Source of the DNA: Verrucomicrobiota bacterium
GTDB taxonomy: Bacteria > Verrucomicrobiota > Verrucomicrobiia > Chthoniobacterales > Terrimicrobiaceae
Direction of reading: 5' to 3'
DNA length: 64,000 bases
Assembly: GCA_026398275.1 (NCBI GenBank)
Contig: JAPLTF010000098.1
Location: 6,174-70,173, forward strand
Shown here: positions 17,303 to 24,477 of the stretch, one piece after another
Layout: every line of letters starts with the position of its first letter
How positions within the stretch are numbered: the stretch's first letter is position 1
Notes under the pieces: model-generated
The model's input: the letters and a program-made list of their open reading frames with translations, nothing else
Database searches by the model: none
What the model was told of the DNA's origin: nothing
Position numbers and translations under genes: made by a program

Positions 17303-19018
17303 TCACTTCGCGTGTTTGGCGATGAACTCGATAATCGGCGTCGAGTCTTCCAAACCATGCGGATGATGACCGATGCCTGGCTTGCGGATTAGCGTGATGC
17401 TGCCGCCGAGCGCCTTGTAGCGCTGCTCAATGAGCCCGGTGTTCTCCTCCCAGGGCACCACGTCATCCGCATCGCCAAAGACGTGCAGCAGCGGAACGCC
17501 GGCCTTGGCCAGCGGGGGGAGGCTGTCCACCGGATTGCCTTCATAGGCCAGCGCCTCGGCTTCGTCTTTGAAGCCCCAGAGCTTCAGCACAAGGCCCCAA
17601 TTCCCCGGGTCGCCCTTGCCTTTGCCCTTGCCGCCGGGCCAGCTTTTAAAATCACACACCGGCGCATCAGCATAGATGCACGAGACCTTCTCAGGATTGG
17701 CAATCGCCCAGTTGTAGCAGTACAACCCACCACGGCTCAGGCCGACCAGAGAGGGCTTTGGGCTCAGGCCGTAGCTCGTGGTTAGTTCTGCATAGCATTG
17801 GTTCCAAAGCTTCACCGCATCCGGGCAGCCGAGCATGTCATTGATCGTCATGTAGACTATATGGAAGCCTTTGCCGAGCAGGGCGATGTCAGGCGCGGGC
17901 CTGTGACCAAAGAATTCCCCATGCCAGACCCACGGGCGGCCTGGCGCCGCTGTTTTTGGGGCCACGAGAGTCACGGGCTTGCCAGCAATCGTGAGCTCAT
18001 GCTTTGCGTAGCCGTTCCACTCGCCGGTTTTGTTGGGGATCTCGATCTCCTGGGACTTCGCCAGACGACGTGCCTCGGCATCGAGAGGGGCGGTTTTGCT
18101 TTCCGCTTCGGGCAAAGGCAGACCGGGGGCCACGCCGGGGCGTTTGTGACCCGTGTGGCTGAGCCAGGCCGGGCGGAGGATGGCGTGCTTTTTCTGGATC
18201 GCGGCGAGAATGCCCGCGCCGTTGACGTGATCAGGCGTGCCATCAGGCTTCACCTTCAGCGCCCAGGCATTCAGCACCGCGCTGGCCATGATCAGATGAC
18301 CTTCAGGTCCGGGATGCACCCCATCGCTGGAGAAGGTGAACTGCGGGGCCGCTTTCCGTTTTTCGGCCAGCGCGGCATTGAAGGGGCCGTGGATGTCCAG
18401 CACCTCCCAGCCTTGCTTTCTCATGCTCAGGAGCCACTCGGTATAGGCATCCAGCACCGTGTTGTAGCCTTCGTAGGGTTGAGGGTAGGTGGCCAGACCG
18501 CCGGGTAGCACGCGGGCCTTGATCGGCACCGGGTCAAACACAGGAGGAGTGAGGTGAATGATGCGCGCACCGGTGGCCACGACCGTGTCGTGCAGCTTCT
18601 TCATGCCGTTCTTGAAGGCTTGGAAGCGCTCCTCGCCGAGTGGGAAGTAGATGCCATCGTTCATCCCGTAGCAGGCAAACACGAGCTGCGGCTTCGCCTT
18701 TTCCAGCACGCGTTCGAGACGCTCGTGGAGATCAGGCCGGGGGAACTCCCCACCCGCATGACCCTCCTCGCTCAGACCGCTCACCGTCTCACTGCTCAGG
18801 CCGAGCGGGATGATCTCTTTGTCCGAATCCGGGTGCTGGGCGATGAGCGCCGCCTCGATGAACTCCACATACCCGCCCCCCTCCGTGATGCTGTCGCCGA
18901 GGAAGACGATGCGCTGCTCCGGCGGCAGCGCTGCATGAAGTGTGAATGGAAAGAAGACGAGAAGAAGAATGGGAGTATAATACACGGCGGAGCGATTAGC
19001 AGAAGCTTGGTTGTGCAT
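17303..19018 (-). CDS. secreted bifunctional esterase: N-terminal SGNH/GDSL hydrolase fused to C-terminal alpha/beta-hydrolase (dienelactone-hydrolase-like)
   Basis: Start chosen at the ATG at 19018 (MHNQASANRSAVYYTPILLLVFFPFTLHA). SGNH block I is IVFLGDSITEGGG and block III is ACYGMNDG. The C-terminal half has GLSRGGLYCYNWA (nucleophile elbow), LLHVFGDADDVVP and GIGHHPHGL. The ORF track's 638-aa version starts 67 codons further upstream in a region without a signal peptide. Confidence 0.85.
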   Translation of the reverse strand: MHNQASANRSAVYYTPILLLVFFPFTLHAALPPEQRIVFLGDSITEGGGYVEFIEAALIAQHPDSDKEIIPLGLSSETVSGLSEEGHAGGEFPRPDLHERLERVLEKAKPQLVFACYGMNDGIYFPLGEERFQAFKNGMKKLHDTVVATGARIIHLTPPVFDPVPIKARVLPGGLATYPQPYEGYNTVLDAYTEWLLSMRKQGWEVLDIHGPFNAALAEKRKAAPQFTFSSDGVHPGPEGHLIMASAVLNAWALKVKPDGTPDHVNGAGILAAIQKKHAILRPAWLSHTGHKRPGVAPGLPLPEAESKTAPLDAEARRLAKSQEIEIPNKTGEWNGYAKHELTIAGKPVTLVAPKTAAPGRPWVWHGEFFGHRPAPDIALLGKGFHIVYMTINDMLGCPDAVKLWNQCYAELTTSYGLSPKPSLVGLSRGGLYCYNWAIANPEKVSCIYADAPVCDFKSWPGGKGKGKGDPGNWGLVLKLWGFKDEAEALAYEGNPVDSLPPLAKAGVPLLHVFGDADDVVPWEENTGLIEQRYKALGGSITLIRKPGIGHHPHGLEDSTPIIEFIAKHAK

Positions 19019-19098
19019 GGCTGTCACGACTTTCCCTCGCACTTGTAGCGCAATTTCCGTGATGAACAAGAAAAAATCATTTTTGCCGAAGATTCCCA

Positions 19099-19127
19099 TT
19101 GACTGATGGAAATGTGTCATGTATATA
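19099..19127 (+). promoter_or_regulatory. candidate sigma70-type promoter TTGACT-N17-TATATA
   Basis: Read directly: the -35 is 19099-19104 and the -10 is 19122-19127. It points toward the 19357 fragment and the 19754..37111 gene string. AT-rich hexamers are rare in this GC-rich DNA. Confidence 0.4.
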
Positions 19128-19146
19128 AAGAAGGTTATTTGAGATA

Positions 19147-19161
19147 TGATAGTATTACCAC
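19147..19161 (+). promoter_or_regulatory. extended -10-like element TGATAGTATTACCAC, near-identical to the one at 27242..27257
   Basis: TGATAGTATTA-CCAC here compares with TGATAGTATTAACCAC at 27242. The TGnTAGTAT part fits an extended -10. Both copies are intergenic and upstream of GH2 genes. Confidence 0.35.
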
Positions 19162-19207
19162 TGCCCCTTAAGCCAAGCGCTCTTCTTCCTGTCGTCAGCC
19201 TGCCCTG

Positions 19208-19221
19208 CCTTGCATGCAAGG
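19208..19221. promoter_or_regulatory. perfect 14-bp palindrome CCTTGCATGCAAGG (candidate LacI-type operator)
   Basis: Read directly; the sequence is its own reverse complement. It lies between the candidate promoter (19099) and the first downstream ORF (19357). TTGCA/TGCAA half-sites resemble LacI/GalR-family operators. Confidence 0.3.
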
Positions 19222-19356
19222 ATTGCGCCTTTGCATTGATAGCGCGCTGACGTTCAGACGATCCACGTGAACTGAGATCCGGCCCCCCAAGGTGTATCCA
19301 ATGAAGGAACCGGAAAGATTTCGTTCAACGTCCATGATCCCTTTCTTCATGCACCC

Positions 19357-19728
19357 ATGAAACCAACCATTCTCCTGCTCATCATCCTCGCCCCGCTGCT
19401 CGCGCTGCAGGCCGGCGAATCGCTGCGGAGCGTCGCCGAGCTGTGGGCCGACTTCGATCCGTGCAACGATCCGATCGAGGTCGAAGGCATCCGCGAGCGG
19501 AAGGAAAACGCCGGTGTGTTTCGGCATGTGCGGTATTTGATCGGCACCTTCAAAGGCAAGCCCGCGCGCATGACGGCCATCTATGGGTTTCCTGAGGGCA
19601 CGAAGGAAAATCTGCTCGCGGTGGTGGGTATTCAGGGCGGCGGACAGCGCGCCTTGGTCAGCCCGGACGGGAAGCAGCCGCAATGGAACCGACCGTCCGC
19701 GGAGTTCGTGCGACTGGATTGGAAATGA
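19357..19728 (+). pseudogene. acetyl-esterase-like alpha/beta-hydrolase, N-terminal 123 codons only (truncated)
   Basis: MKPTILLLIILAPLLALQA...ELWADFDPCNDPIEVEGIRERKENAGVFRHVRYLIGTFKGKPARMTAIYGFPEGTKENLLAVVGIQGGGQ parallels the N-terminus of the ORF starting at 63367 (ELWAGIDMRAEPLDVEVLKEW..VLRYRVGVFKGQKVMMAAVYGFPKGGSKLPGLVQIHGGGQ). The two diverge right after GGGQ, and this ORF stops 26 bp before the next gene. Confidence 0.55.
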
Positions 19729-19753
19729 CGGAATTTAAACAAAGGAAAAGTCT

Positions 19754-22700
19754 GTGAAAATGAATCGAATCTGCGGAGTTATTGTTGCCTGGGCAGTTCT
19801 TGCCTCCTCTTTGTCCACATTTGCGCAGGATCCTGACCTGCGGCAGGAGGTCTGTCTGAATGGGACGTGGGAGTTGCATGTGGAGGGGATCTCCCAGGCG
19901 GCAACTGTGCGCGTGCCGGGTTCTTATGCCGGACAGGATCAAATGGTCGGCAAAGAGCATTCCGATGTTTGGTCGTATCCCCCGGAGTGGCGTAACAAGG
20001 CGGTTACCTATCAGCGCTCATTCGACGTTCCGGAAAGCCTGAAAGGCCGACGTGTGTTGATCCACTTTGGTGGGGTGAGGCACAAGGTGCGTGTCGAAGT
20101 GAATGGCGTGGAAGCCGGCACATGGTGGGATTCGTATGTTCCGTTTGAGTTCGACATCACTGGCTTGGTCAAGCCGGGCAAAAACGAGTTGAAGGTGCAT
20201 GTGGGCAAAGAGGATAGCGTGCTCTTCGAGGATTGGAACGCCTGGAGGCGCGGTATTTACCGCGATGTCTTCCTGAAGATCGTGCCGGATGTGCACGTTA
20301 CTCCGGATCTTTTTGTACGCACCTCGGTGGCACGCGGGGAAATCGCCTGCGATATCCCAGTGCGTAACGACAGCGACGGCGCCCGCAAGGTGCGGCTGCG
20401 CTTCAACGTTACGGATGCGGACGGACGGACGGTCAAAGCCTGGCAGGCCCCTGCCGTTACCCTTGAGCCCGGCGCAGTGACGGTTGTCAAAAGCGTCGAA
20501 CGCTGGACGGATCCCCACCTATGGTCGCTGACTGATCCGTATCTGCAGCATCTCAACACGGAGGTCGTGGACGAGTCCGGGGTCGTGTTGGATCGTCACC
20601 GCCTGCGCTTTGGATTCCGCGAGATCACCACTGACAAGAATCGGCTTTTACTCAACGGGAACGAACTGTTCCTGCGCGGCAATGGCGATCATCCGATTGG
20701 TGATCTTGAGGGGGGCAGGGAGTTTTCCATGGCTAAAATCCGCATGCTTAAGGAAAACGGCATGGAGATCATGCGGATGCACAATCTTCCCCGGCACGCC
20801 GAGCTATACGATGCGGGCGATGAGCTGGGCTTCCTGTTCATTTCCGAGGCGTCTCATCACTTCAGACTGCCGGAACCGGAGATCGGGAAGGCGCACATGA
20901 GCAATCTCATCCGGTGGCTGCGAAACCGTCCGTCGGTGGCGCTCTGGAGTGTCTCCAACGAGTTGCACTGGCGCAAGATCGAGGAACCGAAATACCTGAT
21001 CGATCTCTGCCACGAGCTGGATCCGACACGTCCCGCCTATGCGAGCGATTTTTCCCCGTGGAGCCTGCATGGCGATGTGATTAGCAAGCACTACTCCGCC
21101 GCCACCGTCTGGGAAGAATGGTTCAAGTATGGGCCTGATAAGCCGATGATATGGGACGAATTTGCCGAAACCTGGCAACCACAACGCCCCTTCAGAACCG
21201 GTCCCGCCGGTTACGAGGTGACCTCGCAGGATGTGGGTGCCGGGACTTGGGGGGAGGGCTGGATGCAGGTGCGAGGCGACCTGAAACATTGCGCCGACGG
21301 CAAGGAGCACGACGGTCGCTTTTACCGGGTTACCGCCTGGGTCCCCTGGGAGTTCGGCTATAATTTCTTTCGCTTTCAACCGTTCAACAATTTTAATCAA
21401 ATGCCGGTCAAGCATGCCGCAATCGAGGGCGAGCGGGGAATCAAGATTGAATACGTCAATCCGTGCGCCAACACGGTGAACATCTGGGATCCGACACTTC
21501 CCTTTTATCAACCCAACCCGGGCTTCTACTGTTTTGAGGACTACCTGCGCCATGTCCGCTTCCCGGATGATCCGAAGGACCGCACCTTCTTCAGTGGTGC
21601 CACGATCGAGCAACGGGGCCGCTTGTTCTACGAAGACCACCGGCCGACGGACAAGGTGGAATTTCGCGTCGAGACAACCGACGGAAATGTTCTAACGACA
21701 AGCGGACGCGCGATCAAGCATGCGCCGGGAGCATATGTGCCTGAGTTCGTTTCGACATGGACGTTGCCAAAGGTGGACGTTCTCACGCCAGTGCGCCTGG
21801 TGCGGCAGTTCTCCTTCAATGGGGTGGTCGGATACCGTCAGGTGCGTGACGTGAAAATCTTCCCGCAGTTTGATGTTGAAGCGGCTGGCAAAACGATGGC
21901 GGTTGTTCCCTCATTGCAAAAGGCATTCAAGGGGCCTGGAGTCGATGAAGAGTCGGCCAAGGTCATTGTCACGGATTCGCTCACGCCGGAACTGAAGGAA
22001 AAGGTGAGGAAAGGAAAGCGGGTGCTGGTTTTGAATCCCCTGACGGACAAGAGCAGGAAGGTGACGCTCAGCCGGTTTTATTTACCACTGACCAGCAAGC
22101 CGGATTTGAATCTTGGACCCGAAATCTCGGTCATGAAGCCTTCGGAGACCAAGGTCAGTTTATTCGGAAAAGGCGGAACGATGGTTCAAATCAGATCTCA
22201 ATTCAATGACATGGCCATTCTCAATTCCGAACCCGGAGCCTGGGTGAAGTTTGAGTTTCCTCACGTTGTAGGTCTCGACAGCAAAAGCAGTCTGAAGTTT
22301 ACCTATAGTTTGTGGATGCCGCCGGATCCGACATACGAAGAAGGCTGGAAAAAGGTTGGCGGAGCTTCGCATTTTCAGAAGTCTGCGCGATTGTTGGTGC
22401 AGCAGGAAAATGGTCAGTGGTTGGGCAGCCAGGAAGATGCCATTCGGTTCGAAGCAAAGGGTCCTGGGGAGATGGGCGGGGAAGCCGAAGCTTGCATAGG
22501 CCGGATGACCTGGCACGAGGTGACGCTTGAGCCCGGGAAACCGTTGGTCATTGGCAAGCCGGTGACCGCGCCGGTCTTTGAAAATGTCTCCAGCTTCGGG
22601 TTTGAAATCACCCGCTCGCAAAAGAACGTGGCGCTTTGTCTGAAGGAATTTCAGATTGAAGCCAAGAAGCTGGCCTCAGCAGTGGTGCCGTCGGACGGGC

Positions 22701-24439
22701 CGCAACACCCATTGTTGACGGGCTTGGGGGCTGAGGATTTCTCCTTTTGGCGCGGGGGGAACGCCTGCTCCAAACTGGCTTTACCGCAGGCTACCGGGTT
22801 CAGGCGGATTTTGTTTGGCGATAGTGATGGTTCGGATGCCGTTCTTCAGGAGTTTGCCATTGGCCAGGGTCTGGTGCTGGAATGTTCGTTGAATGTGCTC
22901 GACACGCTGGGGCAGGAGCCCGTTGCCGGGCACATGCTCCAACGGATGCTGGAGTATCTGGGCCAATACCGGGCTGTTGATGAGGCTCCTCCGGTTGCTG
23001 TGATTGGCAGCGATTCGACCGTCCAGTACTGGCAAGGCCTTGGGCTCTCGGCGGACAAGGTCAGCGATCCCAAATCCCTGAAAGGACGCAATCTGGTGAT
23101 TGTTGAGTCGGCGGCCATCCCTGATGGCGGGGATCTGGAGGCATGGCGTGCGGCCTTGCAAGAGGTCGTCACTACGGGAGGGACGGTCTTTTGGACGTCG
23201 GTTGATGAAGCGCAACTGGCCAAGGTTCGCAAGCTTGCCGGATTGGCCACGCTTCGGCTGACAGAGCCGTTTTTCGGGAAGCGCTCTAATTGCATCAAGG
23301 CTCCGGTCAGCTGGATGCGTGAAGGCACACCGCAGCAGTGGGTTGACTATTACGAGGGCGTGCTCGTGCCTTATCCCTTCGAACGTAACTTCAGCCCGTT
23401 GCTTGCCGGCATCGCCAATCAGGACTTGCAGTGGGACGGGGTAACGATGTTGGACAAGGGCATTGAGATTGAAGGCATGAACCCTGTGACTGCCTCGGGC
23501 AAGGAGCGAATTCTCATCAGCACCTGGCATATCGGTTCGGAATCCGGCAACGGCCTCTACGACGAGTGGGTCAACGGAGTGCGCGATCTCAGGCAGAATG
23601 CCTGGTTTGTCAACCGGGATCCGGTGCTGCTGCAGGTCCAAGAAGGCAAGGGCTCGAACATTTTTTGTCAGCTCGCGCTGAGCGCCGGAGGACATAAAGC
23701 CGATCGGTTGATGACCCAGCTGTTTTCCAATATGGGTGCCCCATTCGCGGGTAGCCGCCCTCTGCGAAGCGACTTGTTCGACCCGGCACCCAGCCGCGAA
23801 CAGGCGGCGCGCTTCACAAAGTACGACACCCAGATTTCTCCGGCGGTCCGCCAATACTACGGCAAGCCGGATCCCATGCCCGATTATCTGGCCCCAACTC
23901 AAATCGACGAGGCAACGAGTGTTCAACTGCCTGTTCTTGGTCTTGTGGGCGATCCGCTTGCCGTGTCACTTGCCGCCCCCCTCGCCAAAGCGCTCGAAGG
24001 GATACAACGCCTTGACACACCGGTATCACTCTCCAGTTCCAAGGATGCTGCTGGCCCTATTCCAGATCGGAGATGGGATCGTGTGGTGCTCTCGATGGGC
24101 GCCGCCGATTTGGAGGATGCCTCTGTCACGCCCGCCCGATTCGCAGCGGATCTGGCCAAAGTCCATGAGTTTCTCCAACTGCGGGCCAGGCAGATTTTTT
24201 GGCTGCCGATTGGTCCCCAGGTTAATCCGGAGCGTCAGGCCCGGGCCGATGCCTTGAATGAAGCTGCCGCCAAGTATTTCGAAAAGCGCAACGTTTATCA
24301 GGTTCCCTTTGTTTATAATAATGCTTCAGAAGTCTTGCGAAGCCATCTGTCCGCGCCTGGGCGAGGTTACAGCGAGGAGGAGTCCCGGGCACTTGCAAAG
24401 GGACTCGCGGAAGCCGTGCAGTCATTTGGCGGACAGTAA
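19754..24439 (+). CDS. secreted multidomain GH2-family glycosidase (1561 aa) with long C-terminal extension
   Basis: Signal peptide (MNRICGVIVAWAVLASSLSTFAQ from the ATG at 19760). The GH2 layout is present: sugar-binding domain; FGFREITTDKNRLLLNGNELFLRGNGDH; acid/base region WSVSNELHW; MIWDEFAETW. About 900 further residues are of unassigned function. The last ~150 aa (RVVLSMGAADLED...IFWLPIGPQ) look SGNH-like. Confidence 0.85.
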   Translation: MKMNRICGVIVAWAVLASSLSTFAQDPDLRQEVCLNGTWELHVEGISQAATVRVPGSYAGQDQMVGKEHSDVWSYPPEWRNKAVTYQRSFDVPESLKGRRVLIHFGGVRHKVRVEVNGVEAGTWWDSYVPFEFDITGLVKPGKNELKVHVGKEDSVLFEDWNAWRRGIYRDVFLKIVPDVHVTPDLFVRTSVARGEIACDIPVRNDSDGARKVRLRFNVTDADGRTVKAWQAPAVTLEPGAVTVVKSVERWTDPHLWSLTDPYLQHLNTEVVDESGVVLDRHRLRFGFREITTDKNRLLLNGNELFLRGNGDHPIGDLEGGREFSMAKIRMLKENGMEIMRMHNLPRHAELYDAGDELGFLFISEASHHFRLPEPEIGKAHMSNLIRWLRNRPSVALWSVSNELHWRKIEEPKYLIDLCHELDPTRPAYASDFSPWSLHGDVISKHYSAATVWEEWFKYGPDKPMIWDEFAETWQPQRPFRTGPAGYEVTSQDVGAGTWGEGWMQVRGDLKHCADGKEHDGRFYRVTAWVPWEFGYNFFRFQPFNNFNQMPVKHAAIEGERGIKIEYVNPCANTVNIWDPTLPFYQPNPGFYCFEDYLRHVRFPDDPKDRTFFSGATIEQRGRLFYEDHRPTDKVEFRVETTDGNVLTTSGRAIKHAPGAYVPEFVSTWTLPKVDVLTPVRLVRQFSFNGVVGYRQVRDVKIFPQFDVEAAGKTMAVVPSLQKAFKGPGVDEESAKVIVTDSLTPELKEKVRKGKRVLVLNPLTDKSRKVTLSRFYLPLTSKPDLNLGPEISVMKPSETKVSLFGKGGTMVQIRSQFNDMAILNSEPGAWVKFEFPHVVGLDSKSSLKFTYSLWMPPDPTYEEGWKKVGGASHFQKSARLLVQQENGQWLGSQEDAIRFEAKGPGEMGGEAEACIGRMTWHEVTLEPGKPLVIGKPVTAPVFENVSSFGFEITRSQKNVALCLKEFQIEAKKLASAVVPSDGPQHPLLTGLGAEDFSFWRGGNACSKLALPQATGFRRILFGDSDGSDAVLQEFAIGQGLVLECSLNVLDTLGQEPVAGHMLQRMLEYLGQYRAVDEAPPVAVIGSDSTVQYWQGLGLSADKVSDPKSLKGRNLVIVESAAIPDGGDLEAWRAALQEVVTTGGTVFWTSVDEAQLAKVRKLAGLATLRLTEPFFGKRSNCIKAPVSWMREGTPQQWVDYYEGVLVPYPFERNFSPLLAGIANQDLQWDGVTMLDKGIEIEGMNPVTASGKERILISTWHIGSESGNGLYDEWVNGVRDLRQNAWFVNRDPVLLQVQEGKGSNIFCQLALSAGGHKADRLMTQLFSNMGAPFAGSRPLRSDLFDPAPSREQAARFTKYDTQISPAVRQYYGKPDPMPDYLAPTQIDEATSVQLPVLGLVGDPLAVSLAAPLAKALEGIQRLDTPVSLSSSKDAAGPIPDRRWDRVVLSMGAADLEDASVTPARFAADLAKVHEFLQLRARQIFWLPIGPQVNPERQARADALNEAAAKYFEKRNVYQVPFVYNNASEVLRSHLSAPGRGYSEEESRALAKGLAEAVQSFGGQ

Positions 24440-24477
24440 TCCGGCGATACGGCGGCAATGGAAGCATTTCAGACAAG

